Assembly (NCBI GenBank): GCA_024679955.1
Contig: JAILCQ010000001.1
Location: 8,904 to 72,903 of the forward strand
Source of the DNA: Bacillota bacterium
GTDB taxonomy: Bacteria > Bacillota > Dehalobacteriia > UBA4068
Reading direction: 5' to 3'
DNA: 64,000 nucleotides
Shown here: one piece after another, positions 19,878-29,464 of the stretch
Layout: the number at the start of each line of letters is the position of its first letter
How positions within the stretch are numbered: the stretch's first letter is position 1
Notes under the pieces: model-generated
What the model saw: only the letters and a program-made list of their open reading frames with translations
Told to the model about the DNA's origin: nothing
The model's database searches: none
Translations under genes and position numbers: made by a program

Positions 19878-19886
19878 GGAGGTTGC

Positions 19887-20882
19887 ATGGAGAATCATCC
19901 CCATACGGAAAACGGCGGACAGGACTTTGTCCGTTTTGAGAAAGCATGGCTGCCCCATTGGCAGATGCATGACGTATGGCGGTTCCAGGGCATATTGCGG
20001 GATATCGCTTGCCCCGACCGTCATTATGCCTGGCGGTGTTCGCTGAATAAATTTCCCGCCGGTTGGTATTCCCTGTTCATGGCCATGCACGATATCGGCG
20101 CCAATACGGCGTCTTCCCAGAGAACAGTGTTCCATACAGGGCTTTTGCCGATCAAAAAGCCGCTTTTGTCCATTGACGAGGAAAGCATATTCGCCGGCGA
20201 ACAGCTGCAGTTGTTGGATTCGCCCCAGGCCATGGCCTTGGTTATGCAAAACGGCGAAATGCATGCCACCTTTTGTTTGGTGAAACCGCAAAGCCAGAAA
20301 ACCTATGGCCAAGACCGGCAGATCTGGCGCCGGGAAGAGGGAGCGGACAAACCGTATCTGACTTCCCTGGCCTTTCCGCAAACGGCCACTTCCTGCCGGC
20401 TGCAAGCGGCGGACCGGCAATTGAAGCTGGTGGGCCGTTCCGTGGTGGACAGAGCCTTCGGCCCTTACGATTATCGCAAAACCGCCAACCAATATGAACG
20501 GTTTTATTTCTTTTTCAACAACGGCGCGGAAGCCGCGCTGTGGCATTTTCCCCGGGAAGGGCGCTGCCAGGGCGTTTATTTCCCCTTGTCCCGGGAACAG
20601 CAGCGGATCGACGGCGTCAAAATTGAAATTGCCGATAGCCGCGTATGGAACAATTGGAAGTTTTCCGATCAATGGAACGTTACCATGCCCCAGGTATTGC
20701 AGGAGGATTTCTGTTTGAAGCCCATGGGCGAACCTTCCTTTTCCGCCCCCTGCGCCTGGCAGGTCAACGGGATATACGACCAGGACGGCGAGAAACTGGG
20801 CTATTGCCTGGCGGAATCATGGATCGGCGCGCAAAGCGAAAAAAACAGGATACCCAGATCGTTGTTGAAATACAGCCATTGA
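19887..20882 (+). CDS. Hypothetical protein (331 aa), no recognisable family
   Basis: Good GAGGAGG RBS and coding-like composition. Trp/His-rich, no TM segment. Confidence 0.55.
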   Translation: MENHPHTENGGQDFVRFEKAWLPHWQMHDVWRFQGILRDIACPDRHYAWRCSLNKFPAGWYSLFMAMHDIGANTASSQRTVFHTGLLPIKKPLLSIDEESIFAGEQLQLLDSPQAMALVMQNGEMHATFCLVKPQSQKTYGQDRQIWRREEGADKPYLTSLAFPQTATSCRLQAADRQLKLVGRSVVDRAFGPYDYRKTANQYERFYFFFNNGAEAALWHFPREGRCQGVYFPLSREQQRIDGVKIEIADSRVWNNWKFSDQWNVTMPQVLQEDFCLKPMGEPSFSAPCAWQVNGIYDQDGEKLGYCLAESWIGAQSEKNRIPRSLLKYSH

Positions 20883-20916
20883 CAAAACACAGAAATTGGA
20901 TACAGGTAAGCGACAA

Positions 20917-20948
20917 GACCGCCCGTTTTTCCGGGCGGCCTTGTTTTT
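20917..20948 (+). terminator. Rho-independent terminator
   Basis: GACCGCCCGTTTTTCCGGGCGGCC hairpin followed by TTGTTTTT. Confidence 0.75.
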
Positions 20949-21041
20949 CTATAATGGGCAAATCGTCCTATATGCTTTGCGCGGCCGGAATGCTATCGGC
21001 ACATCTGCCGCTGGAAGCGTAAAGGGATCGTTTTTGACGGC

Positions 21042-21629
21042 TCAGTTAAAGGATCGGGGATTGGGATAGCTGTGCCGGCTGGCGCTATAGCCGCTTTGGT
21101 CTTTTATGGTCATATACAGCACGCCGTCGCCGTCCTTGAGCTGGACATAGCAAACGCCCCGGTCATCGAATTTATCCGTGATCTCCACCTTCTGATCGAA
21201 GTAATATACCCAGACGGTGCCATCCTCTTGGTATACCACCTCCGGACTGTTCAGCTCCTGCAAAATCTCCTCTTCCGTGGCGGGACGCGCCTTGCCGTCC
21301 ATGCCCACCGCCACGCCGCCTCCGCTTTGGTGACGGACATTGCCGTCCGCATCCTCATAGGTGAGGGAATAGTGTCCGTTTTCCACCTCCAGGATCGCGT
21401 CTGTCTGATCGCCATGCATCCAAAGCTGTATGCTTCGCTGTATGCCGCCGATATCCGTGGCATAAGCGACAGAGGCCAGCCCCAATACCAGGACAAGCGC
21501 CGCGGCTACAGCCGCCGGTTTATGAAATCGTTTTTTTCTGGCACGTTTCATTTTCTCCACCTCCATAACAGGATCGCAGGAGGCATGAAGTGTGGAAAAA
21601 GCTCTTTGATAGAGTTCTTTATTCGTCAT
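21042..21629 (-). CDS. Putative anti-sigma factor (single-pass membrane protein)
   Basis: Lies immediately downstream of the ECF sigma gene, overlapping it by 11 nt. Cytoplasmic N-terminus, one TM segment (AAVAAALVLVLGLASVAYA), extracytoplasmic C-terminal domain. Confidence 0.65.
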   Translation of the reverse strand: MTNKELYQRAFSTLHASCDPVMEVEKMKRARKKRFHKPAAVAAALVLVLGLASVAYATDIGGIQRSIQLWMHGDQTDAILEVENGHYSLTYEDADGNVRHQSGGGVAVGMDGKARPATEEEILQELNSPEVVYQEDGTVWVYYFDQKVEITDKFDDRGVCYVQLKDGDGVLYMTIKDQSGYSASRHSYPNPRSFN

Positions 21630-22101
21630 CGTTCCATTCCTCCTTTAGCATATTTTTCAGAAGCTTTCTTCCTCTGTTCAGTTGGCTCTTTACCGTTCCT
21701 TCCCGCCGTCCCAGGATTTCCCCGATCTCCCGGATGGAGTATTCTTCATAGTAAAACAGATGGATTACCACCCGGTATTTTGGGGGAAGTTCCATCACCG
21801 CCTGGAACAAGCGGCTGTCTTCCGGCGCTTCAAAAGCCAGTCCGTCCATATATTCCTCCCAGGAGACGACGTTTTTCCGCCAAAAGGAGGCGGACAGGTC
21901 TTTGGCCCGGTTGATGGCTACCCGCAGAAGCCAGGCCTTGATATGCGTTTCATCCGCATAATCCAGCCCAAGCTTGTGGTATTGGATCAACGCGTCCTGT
22001 ACCGCGTCGTCCGCGTCCATTTGATTGCGGCATATGCTGAACGCGGCGGCGAAGAGGCGGTCTCCGTACCTTTGAAAGGCTTCGGCAACTGACAGTCTCA
22101 T
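21619..22101 (-). CDS. RNA polymerase ECF-type sigma-70 factor
   Basis: Region 2 (DAVQDALIQ..., WLLRVAINRAKD) and region 4 (EEYSIREIGEILGRREGTVKSQLNRGRKLL). Confidence 0.9.
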   Translation of the reverse strand: MRLSVAEAFQRYGDRLFAAAFSICRNQMDADDAVQDALIQYHKLGLDYADETHIKAWLLRVAINRAKDLSASFWRKNVVSWEEYMDGLAFEAPEDSRLFQAVMELPPKYRVVIHLFYYEEYSIREIGEILGRREGTVKSQLNRGRKLLKNMLKEEWNDDE

Positions 22102-22139
22102 GAAATTACTCCTTTATCTTTGAAGGTCCCTTCACAAAC

Positions 22140-22168
22140 TATACGATCGGGAAGCGGAAAAGGTTGCA
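22140..22168 (-). promoter_or_regulatory. SigW-like ECF promoter upstream of the ECF sigma gene
   Basis: Minus strand reads TGCAAC-N17-CGTATA. The -10 CGTATA is the SigW/ECF signature. Confidence 0.55.
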
Positions 22169-22236
22169 TTGGCGGACATTTTTTATTTTTTTAAAGTTCA
22201 GCCCCGCCGGGCAACTTTTGTATGCCGGGTTGATTT

Positions 22237-22270
22237 TTACTATAAATTATATTACTATAATTTATAGTAA
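22237..22270 (+). promoter_or_regulatory. Tandem/palindromic putative PadR operator: TTACTATAAATTATA TTACTATAATTTATAGTAA
   Basis: A near-perfect 9-1-9 palindrome (TTACTATAA-T-TTATAGTAA) preceded by a direct copy of its half site. It ends about 15 nt upstream of the padR start codon. Confidence 0.55.
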
Positions 22271-22284
22271 AAGGGGGGCTGGCT

Positions 22285-22824
22285 TTGTCTTCTATCGATT
22301 TGGTGATTTTAGGGATGGTGCTGGAAAAGCCCCAAAGCGCCTATGAAATTCAAAAGGATGTGGAATACCACCATTTTCCCCGCTGGACAAAAATCAGCGT
22401 CCCGTCCGTATATAAAAAGGTGCTTCAGCTCAAGGAGAAGGGCTATTTGCGCAGCGATGTAGCCAAAGGGGACAGATTTGCCGAAAAGGCGGTCTATTCC
22501 ATCACAGAAGCCGGAAAAGCCTATTTTATGTCGCTGATGGAGTCGATGGCGGAACAGCCTGTGACGCTGGCCTTTGATTTCAACGCCATGATCGCGAACC
22601 TCAATAAACTGGATCAAGCTTCCGCCCAAAAGCTCATCGGCAAGCTGCGGCAAAGCATTGCCGCCGCCGCGGAGCAAAGCCAAGCCTATGCCGGAGAATA
22701 TGCCGGTATCCCATTGACGGGCCGGACGGTATTCGACCAGCAGCGCCGGGTCTATCAGGCGCTGTTGGCATGGCTGGACGCTTTTTCCGCCCAATTGGCG
22801 GAAGAAGGGGCCTCGTTGCCATGA
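22285..22824 (+). CDS. PadR-family transcriptional regulator
   Basis: wHTH motifs (LVILGMVLEKPQSAYEIQKDV ... KGYLRS). A TTG start with a GGGGGG RBS is the most plausible start. Confidence 0.8.
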   Translation: MSSIDLVILGMVLEKPQSAYEIQKDVEYHHFPRWTKISVPSVYKKVLQLKEKGYLRSDVAKGDRFAEKAVYSITEAGKAYFMSLMESMAEQPVTLAFDFNAMIANLNKLDQASAQKLIGKLRQSIAAAAEQSQAYAGEYAGIPLTGRTVFDQQRRVYQALLAWLDAFSAQLAEEGASLP

Positions 22825-23234
22825 TACAGAGCGCCCTGACGGTTTTTTTTGAAGATCCCTTTTGGGTGGGGATGTATGAGCGTACGGACGGAGAGTGGTA
22901 TGAGGTCTGCAAAATCATCTTTGGGGCCGAGCCCAAGGACTATGAGGTTTGGGACTATCTTTTGCAAAATTGGCGGAAGCTGCGCTTCAGCCCGCCGGTA
23001 AAAGGGGGAGGCTTGACGGAACGGAAAAGCAATCCCAAACGGTTGCAGCGGGAGATCCGCCACAGCCTGCAAAAGGCTCCCGTTGGCACCAAGGCGCAGC
23101 AAGCCCTGAAGCTGCAGCAGGAACAGAAAAAAACGGAGCGGAAAGCCGTAGGCCGGCAGCAGCGGGAGGCGGAAAAAGAACGGCAATATGCTTTGCGCAA
23201 GCAAAAGCAGCGGCAGAAACACCGGGGCCGCTGA
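22821..23234 (+). CDS. DUF2992-like protein (YjdC-type partner of PadR)
   Basis: ATGA overlap with the padR stop. N-terminal MIQSALTVFFEDPFWVGMYER and a Lys/Arg/Gln-rich C-terminal tail. Confidence 0.7.
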   Translation: MIQSALTVFFEDPFWVGMYERTDGEWYEVCKIIFGAEPKDYEVWDYLLQNWRKLRFSPPVKGGGLTERKSNPKRLQREIRHSLQKAPVGTKAQQALKLQQEQKKTERKAVGRQQREAEKERQYALRKQKQRQKHRGR

Positions 23235-23242
23235 AATAGCAA

Positions 23243-23280
23243 AACAAAAAAGCCATCCGTCAAACGACGGATGGCTTTTG
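23243..23280. terminator. Bidirectional terminator (A-tract, hairpin, T-tract)
   Basis: AAAAAAGCCATCCGTCAAACGACGGATGGCTTTTGG. Serves the DUF2992 gene on the + strand and lies 3' of tRNA-Pro on the - strand. Confidence 0.8.
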
Positions 23281-23356
23281 GTCGGAGCGACACGACTTGA
23301 ACGTGCGGCCTCTACCACCCCAAGGTAGCGCTCTAGCCAAACTGAGCTACGCCCCG
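23279..23356 (-). tRNA. tRNA-Pro (anticodon GGG)
   Basis: Manual fold of the reverse complement CGGGGCGTAGCTCAGTTTGGCTAGAGCGCTACCTTGGGGTGGTAGAGGCCGCACGTTCAAGTCGTGTCGCTCCGACCA: 7-bp acceptor stem, D/anticodon/T arms, anticodon loop TTGGGGT, encoded CCA. Confidence 0.85.
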
Positions 23357-23439
23357 TTATGCCGTCTTTCAGACGGCAAAAACAATTATATATTTTCCGG
23401 TCGGATTTGTCAATATGCTGGCAGGGGTTTTTCAAAAAA

Positions 23440-24666
23440 TTATCTGTCCAGATGAAAAGCCTTATGCAAAGCGATGGCGGCCTCGTTGATTTTGGTTTCA
23501 TCGATGATGCAGGATATCTTGATTTCCGAGGTAGCGATCATCAGGATATTGCAATCGATATCGGCCAGGGTCTTGAACATGATGGCGGCCACGCCGGGGT
23601 GGGTCATCATACCGGCGCCGACCACAGAGATCTTGGCGATATTGTCTTCCAGCAAATAGCTTTGGGCGTCCAATTCTTTGACCACCTGCGCGGCGATTTT
23701 GGCCACTTTGTCTTTTTCATCTCTGCCGCAGGTGAAAGATATATCCTGTTTGTCTTCCCGGGTGCCGCTTTGGATGATCATATCCACGTTGACGCCTTCC
23801 GCTGCCAGCAGGCCGAAAATCAGCGCCGAAACGCCGGGCCGGTCGGGAATGCCGAAAATCGTCGTTTTCAGGACATGCAAATCGTGGGCGACGCCGCAGA
23901 CGATCAATTCTTTCTCCAAATCTTTTTGCATAGGGGCAACCTCCTTAACAATCGTGCCTTGAGAATGGTTGAAGCTTGAACGTACGTGTAAAGGTATATT
24001 GTGCTGTTTGGCCAACTCCACGCTGCGGGGCTGCAAAACCAGCGCGCCCAAGACCGCCATTTCCAGCATTTCGTCATAGGATATTTCCGGGATCTTCCAA
24101 GCGGTTTTGATGATGCGGGGATCGGCGGTATATACGCCGTCCACGTCGGTATATATTTCGCATAAGTCGGCGTTTAAAGCGATGGCCAGGGCCACGGCGC
24201 TGGTATCGGAACCGCCCCGTCCCAAGGTGGTGATCTCGCCGTTTTCGCCCACGCCCTGGAAGCCAGCGACGATGACGATATTGCCTTTGTTCAATTCGTC
24301 AAGCACCCGCTGGCTGTCAATTTTTAAGATCTTGGCCCGGGAATACACGCCGTCGGTTTGATAGCCGGCCTGCGCGCCGGTGAGGGAGATCGCTTTTTTT
24401 CCCATGGCGTGCAGGGCCATGGCCAATAAGGCTATGGATTGCTGTTCGCCGGTGGAAAGCAGCATATCCATTTCCCGAGACGGCGGCGTGGGATTCAGCT
24501 GACTGGCCAAATCGATCAAATCGTCGGTGGTGTCGCCCATGGCGGAAACAACCACGGCCACTTGATTGCCGCCAGCCGCCGCTTCCGCGGCCCTTCGCGC
24601 CACTCTTTGTATTCTTTCCGCATTGGCGACAGAGCTGCCGCCGAATTTTTGCACGATGATTGCCAT
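23440..24666 (-). CDS. lysC: Aspartate kinase with C-terminal ACT domains
   Basis: MAIIVQKFGGSSV... kinase N-terminus, 408 aa, ACT repeats. Confidence 0.93.
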   Translation of the reverse strand: MAIIVQKFGGSSVANAERIQRVARRAAEAAAGGNQVAVVVSAMGDTTDDLIDLASQLNPTPPSREMDMLLSTGEQQSIALLAMALHAMGKKAISLTGAQAGYQTDGVYSRAKILKIDSQRVLDELNKGNIVIVAGFQGVGENGEITTLGRGGSDTSAVALAIALNADLCEIYTDVDGVYTADPRIIKTAWKIPEISYDEMLEMAVLGALVLQPRSVELAKQHNIPLHVRSSFNHSQGTIVKEVAPMQKDLEKELIVCGVAHDLHVLKTTIFGIPDRPGVSALIFGLLAAEGVNVDMIIQSGTREDKQDISFTCGRDEKDKVAKIAAQVVKELDAQSYLLEDNIAKISVVGAGMMTHPGVAAIMFKTLADIDCNILMIATSEIKISCIIDETKINEAAIALHKAFHLDR

Positions 24667-24705
24667 TTTATCCTCCCAGAATAAAGATACGAGATACAGG
24701 CCGGG

Positions 24706-25617
24706 CTATGCCAGGCGCACGCCTTGATTATCCATTTCTACCTTGCGGATCTGTGCGGTAACGTCCGCCGCCGCAAAAGCCTCCTGCATGGCGTAGCCGA
24801 TATTTTCCATCAGTATCGGATCGTCTTCCGTAAAGGCGATCATGGTAGGCCCGGAACCGCTGATGACGCAGCCGATGGCTCCGGCGGCGATGGCCGCCTC
24901 CACCACGTCCTCAGCCCCTTTGATCAAGGTAAAACGATAGGGCTGATGCAGCCGGTCGAACAGCATGGCCCGCAAACCGGCCATATCGCCTTCGGCGATG
25001 GACAGGGCCAGATAAGCAGCGTGGCTCAGGCTGTATACCGCATCGTCCAGAGAAACGTTGCGGGGCATGATGGCTCTGGCTTTTTTGGTGGAAATGGGGA
25101 AATCCGGGGAAGCCAAAACCGCATGCAGCGTATCGGGCAGGGCTACTTTTTTGATGTACTGTTTGCCGCCTTCATTGGCGATCACCGTAAAGCCGCCGTA
25201 TAAAGCCGGGGCCACATTGTCCGGGTGGCCTTCGATCTTGCTGGCCAGTTCCAGCATGGCCGGGTGATCCAGCGGTTTTCCCATCATCAGATTGGCGGCG
25301 TAGATGCCGCCGACAATGGCCGCCGAAGAACTGCCCATACCCCGGGCCAAAGGAATGTTGTTCCGGCAAAGAAAAGACAAGGGGGGCATGGATATGCCGG
25401 CCAGCTCATACGCGGCCTGGGCGGAACGGACCACCAGATTTTGGGGCGTGAAGGCCAAAGTGTTGGCCCCTTCGCCTTCGATATCTATGGAGAAGGCGTC
25501 GCTTTCCCGTATTTCTATATCGTTGTAGTAGCCCAGGGCCATACCGAAACTGTCATAGCCGCAGCCGCAATTGGCCGTAGTGGCCGGGATTTGAATTCGG
25601 AAACCTGTAGCAGCCAT
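24706..25617 (-). CDS. thrB: Homoserine kinase
   Basis: GHMP kinase motif PLARGMGSSSA, 303 aa. Confidence 0.9.
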   Translation of the reverse strand: MAATGFRIQIPATTANCGCGYDSFGMALGYYNDIEIRESDAFSIDIEGEGANTLAFTPQNLVVRSAQAAYELAGISMPPLSFLCRNNIPLARGMGSSSAAIVGGIYAANLMMGKPLDHPAMLELASKIEGHPDNVAPALYGGFTVIANEGGKQYIKKVALPDTLHAVLASPDFPISTKKARAIMPRNVSLDDAVYSLSHAAYLALSIAEGDMAGLRAMLFDRLHQPYRFTLIKGAEDVVEAAIAAGAIGCVISGSGPTMIAFTEDDPILMENIGYAMQEAFAAADVTAQIRKVEMDNQGVRLA

Positions 25618-26945
25618 TAAATATCCTCATCCTCCACTCGTATATAGTTGTTGACTTTGACAACGCAATCCAGATCGGTCAATGCATTCAATGCTTTGAC
25701 CAGGTTTTCATGACGGACTTTGTGTGTGATGACGACGATTTCGGTCTGTTCCGCGTCGATCCTTCTTTTTTGCATGACGGAATCCATGCTCACCTGGCAA
25801 TCGCCCAGCACTTTGGCCATGGCGGCAAAAACGCCTACCCGGTCGTAAACCTGTATGCGCACATAGTATTTGCTGACCACGTCGGCCAGGGGACGGATGG
25901 GCAGCTGCTGATAGCAGGTGCATCCCCAGCGGTTGCGGGAACCGTGGGCGATGTTGCGGGCGGCGGCGATCACATCCCCGGCGATGGCGCTGCCGGTGGG
26001 CAGGGAACCTGCGCCCCGGCCGTAGAACATGGCGTTCTCCACGGCGTCGCCGGTGACGAACACTGCGTTGTAGGAATCCCGAACGGAAGCCAGGGGATGC
26101 CCTTTTTTGATCATTGCCGGATGCACCCTTACGTCGATCATTTCTCCGTCAAAACGGGCCAGGCCGATGCTTTTGATCACATAGCCGAATTCATCGGCAT
26201 AGGCGATATCCCATTTGCTGATTTGGCTGATGCCTTCGGTGGCCACCATGGAATCGCTCACCCGGCTGTTGTAGGCGATGGAAGCCAGGATGGCGATTTT
26301 TCTCGCCGCGTCATAGCCTTCCACATCATTGGTGGGGTCGGCTTCCGCGAAGCCCAAAGCCTGGGCTTCGGACAAGGCCTGGGCAAAGTCCGCGCCTTTC
26401 TCGCACATCATGGTGAGGATATAGTTGGTGGTGCCGTTCAATATGCCCATGATTTGGCTGAAACGGTTCCCGGCCAGGCTTTCTTTTACCGCCTGGATCA
26501 CGGGTATGCCTCCGGCGACGCTGGCTTCAAAAAACAGATCCACATGGTGATCCGCCGCCATCTGCAGCAATTCTCCGCCATGGGCCGCCATCAAGTCCTT
26601 GTTGGCGGTGACCACGCTTTTACCGGCCTTCAGCGCCGCGCTGATCAAGTCTCTGGCCACGGTGACGCCGCCGATCACTTCCACGATGACGTCGATCTCG
26701 GGGTCTTCCACCGCATCCTGCCAACGGCTGCTGATGATAGATTGAGGCAGGTTTAATTTTTCGCATAAGCCGGCGGCCCGTTGGGCGTCCAGGTCGACGA
26801 CTCGTTTGACCCGGATGGGCAAGGCGCGGGCGGCAATGACGTCGCTGTTTTGGCATAATACCGTGATGGCGCCGCCACCCACCGTGCCTAATCCTATGAC
26901 GGCGATCTGAACCGCTGCAGGCGTATTGTTGTTTGTTTTCATCAT
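25617..26945 (-). CDS. hom: Homoserine dehydrogenase with C-terminal ACT domain
   Basis: NAD-binding AVIGLGTVGGG, catalytic domain, ACT domain. 1-nt overlap with thrB. Confidence 0.92.
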   Translation of the reverse strand: MMKTNNNTPAAVQIAVIGLGTVGGGAITVLCQNSDVIAARALPIRVKRVVDLDAQRAAGLCEKLNLPQSIISSRWQDAVEDPEIDVIVEVIGGVTVARDLISAALKAGKSVVTANKDLMAAHGGELLQMAADHHVDLFFEASVAGGIPVIQAVKESLAGNRFSQIMGILNGTTNYILTMMCEKGADFAQALSEAQALGFAEADPTNDVEGYDAARKIAILASIAYNSRVSDSMVATEGISQISKWDIAYADEFGYVIKSIGLARFDGEMIDVRVHPAMIKKGHPLASVRDSYNAVFVTGDAVENAMFYGRGAGSLPTGSAIAGDVIAAARNIAHGSRNRWGCTCYQQLPIRPLADVVSKYYVRIQVYDRVGVFAAMAKVLGDCQVSMDSVMQKRRIDAEQTEIVVITHKVRHENLVKALNALTDLDCVVKVNNYIRVEDEDI

Positions 26946-27153
26946 TATCCTTACCTCATTTATATACTCGAAATGCTCTAATGAAAAAATGTATTTGCCA
27001 TACCCATTAGTATATCAAAAAAAAGTTTCCGACGCAATAAATTTGTCTGCCAAAATAGCAAAACATAGTGAAAAACCGGACTTTTGCCGGTGGTAAAAAC
27101 CGGCGGATGGCAACCTCCGTCCTGCCGGCCGGCGAGTAAAGGCCGGGAAAAGC

Positions 27154-29307
27154 TCATCGCTTTTGCAAACGCGTCTGAAAGCTGATCCTCCGCGGCGTGG
27201 CCGTTTGGCAAAACTGTATGGTATAGGCGCGGGTTTTTTCGTCTGTATCCAGGATTTTCCCTTCACCCAGCAAAGGATGGATCACTGTTTCGCCGGGGCG
27301 GAAAGCCGCTTCGCCGCCGCTTTGCGCCAGGGCCTGCTCATGCCAGAGGATCCGGTCTTTGGCCTGTTTGACAAGGATTTCATCCGGCTGCCGCACGAAA
27401 TGCAAAAGATCGGGATCGATATTGAACAGGAAGCGGGAAGGAAAACGGATGGAGCCGTCCAGGTTGCGTCCCTGGGAATCGCTGAGGAACAGGCCCTTTT
27501 CCGCACGGGTGACGGCCACAAAGGCCAGCCGCCTTTCTTCTTCCATGCCGTCGGCGTTTAATATTTTTTTGCTGGGGAATATGCCTTCGTTGAGGCCGCA
27601 AAGGAATACATAGGGGAATTCCAGGCCTTTGGCGGTATGTACGGTGGTCAGTCTTACGCCTTCCCGGGGGCCGCTGATATCGGCGCTATTGAACAAGGCG
27701 ATATGCCGCAGATAGTTTTCCAGGGTGACCTCTTCGCCGCAGGTGGTTTCATATTCATATATGGATTGCTTGAACTCCGCCAGATTGTCCAGCCGCGTTT
27801 GATCGCCGGCGGTTCTCAGCGCCGCCTCATAGCCGCTTCTTTCCAAAACCGCCCCTGCCAATTCCGAGACGGACATGGCGGCAGCCGCGGCGGAGAATTC
27901 CTCGATCAGGGCCAGGAATTGACGGCCCTTGGTGTTCTTAAAGGAAGGCGCGTCGATATTCTGCTCCAGGCTTTGCAGCAGGGAACAGCTATGTTCTTCG
28001 CTGTAGCTGCGCAAGGCCGCCATACGCTGCTCGCCGATGTTTCGCTTGGGACGGTTGACCGTCCGGGCAAAGGACAGGTCGTCCCCCAGGGCGATCAGGC
28101 GCAAATAGGCCAAAGCATCCTTGATCTCGCTGCGGTCCAAAAACTGTATGCCGTTGTAGACATAATAAGGGATTTCCTTTTTCAGCAGGGCTTCTTCGAT
28201 GACTCTGGATAAATAATGGGCCCGGTATAGAATGGCCATCGAGGCTAGAGGAACGTCTTGCTCCTGCAGCTCCTCTATCCGGTCGCAGATCCATGCCGCC
28301 TCTTCCTGGGCGGAGGTCCCGTGAAAATAGACAGGCTTTTCGCCGGAGGCCTGCAGGGACTGCAAGTCCTTGGCGATCCGCTGTTTGTTGTGGCGGATCA
28401 GAGAATTGGCGGCGGCGACGATTTCCGGTGTGGAACGGTAATTTTTCATCATCATGATCGTTACCGTTTGCGGGAAATCTTTATCAAAGTTCAACAGATA
28501 TTTGCCGTTGGCCCCCCGCCAGGAATAAATGGTTTGATCCGGGTCGCCCACCACAAACAGGTTTTGATGATAGGCGGCCAAGGTTTGCAGCAATTGATAT
28601 TGCAAATCGTCAATATCCTGGAATTCGTCCACCATGATATAGGTCAGACGTTCCTGCCATTTTTGGCGGATGTCCCCATGCTGGGCGAACAGATACAGGG
28701 TGAATTTCAGCAAATCGTTGTAATCCAAGCCGAAGCATTTTTTTTGCTGATAGAGATAACCGTAAAAGATAATATCCTTGGCGGCAGTGGCTTGCAGGTA
28801 TTTTTGCCTGAGTATGTCCAAAGGCATGGCCAAAACGTCCAGATAGTATTCAGGCTCTTCAAAAAGTTTTTTGATCTCTATCATATCTCTGGCTTTGGCA
28901 AAGGACATATGTTGCAGGGATAAGCCCCGCTCTTCATAGATCATCTGCAAAATGGCGTCGATATCCCGATTGTCCAAAACGAGAAACCGCTCCGGATATT
29001 GCAAGGCATGAATATCTTCCTGCAATACCGTGACGCAAAAGCTGTGAAAGGTGGCGATGTAACCGCCGCCACAATCCGGTATCATGCCGCGGATGCGCTG
29101 CCGCATTTCATTGGCGGCTTTGTTGCTGAAGGTGAGACAGAGTATATTTTCCGGCAAAATGCCCATTTGCTGCACCAGATAGGCATAGCGGTAGGTCAGG
29201 GCTTTGGTTTTGCCGCTGCCGGCCCCGGCGATCACCCGGACATAGCCTTCGGTGGCGGTGACCGCCGCCAGTTGCTCGGGATTCAGTTGTTGCAAAGCGT
29301 CTAGCAT
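27154..29307 (-). CDS. ATP-dependent DNA helicase, UvrD/PcrA/Rep superfamily 1
   Basis: Walker A AGAGSGKT, UvrD motifs (TFHSFC, VDEFQD, ...), 717 aa. Confidence 0.9.
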   Translation of the reverse strand: MLDALQQLNPEQLAAVTATEGYVRVIAGAGSGKTKALTYRYAYLVQQMGILPENILCLTFSNKAANEMRQRIRGMIPDCGGGYIATFHSFCVTVLQEDIHALQYPERFLVLDNRDIDAILQMIYEERGLSLQHMSFAKARDMIEIKKLFEEPEYYLDVLAMPLDILRQKYLQATAAKDIIFYGYLYQQKKCFGLDYNDLLKFTLYLFAQHGDIRQKWQERLTYIMVDEFQDIDDLQYQLLQTLAAYHQNLFVVGDPDQTIYSWRGANGKYLLNFDKDFPQTVTIMMMKNYRSTPEIVAAANSLIRHNKQRIAKDLQSLQASGEKPVYFHGTSAQEEAAWICDRIEELQEQDVPLASMAILYRAHYLSRVIEEALLKKEIPYYVYNGIQFLDRSEIKDALAYLRLIALGDDLSFARTVNRPKRNIGEQRMAALRSYSEEHSCSLLQSLEQNIDAPSFKNTKGRQFLALIEEFSAAAAAMSVSELAGAVLERSGYEAALRTAGDQTRLDNLAEFKQSIYEYETTCGEEVTLENYLRHIALFNSADISGPREGVRLTTVHTAKGLEFPYVFLCGLNEGIFPSKKILNADGMEEERRLAFVAVTRAEKGLFLSDSQGRNLDGSIRFPSRFLFNIDPDLLHFVRQPDEILVKQAKDRILWHEQALAQSGGEAAFRPGETVIHPLLGEGKILDTDEKTRAYTIQFCQTATPRRISFQTRLQKR

Positions 29308-29464
29308 AGGGGCGTATCTCCTTTGACCGGAAAAAGCGGCAATCGTTTTGCGTCTACGTCAATGGTTGCGCGGGGGATAAGCGGCGCAGCTTATTCCCAT
29401 TTTTCATTATAACAGTTTTTGGCGGAAAAGGAAAGACGGCCCCCAATCAAACGGCCGCCAAGCT

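Noticed and set aside
23357-23440. GCCGTCTTTCAGACGGC hairpin between tRNA-Pro and the lysC stop as a terminator
   Set aside because: On the minus strand, the transcribed strand of both flanking genes, the U-tract precedes rather than follows the stem. On the plus strand it is followed by an A-tract. It is not a canonical intrinsic terminator.
25710-26756. 348-aa plus-strand ORF antisense to hom
   Set aside because: Antisense artefact. His/Gly-rich and low complexity.
26946-27153. Lysine or T-box riboswitch upstream of the hom-thrB-lysC operon
   Set aside because: The leader is about 200 nt, but I could not recognise the L-box or T-box conserved cores. Only a promoter-like TTGATA...AATACA and small hairpins are visible.
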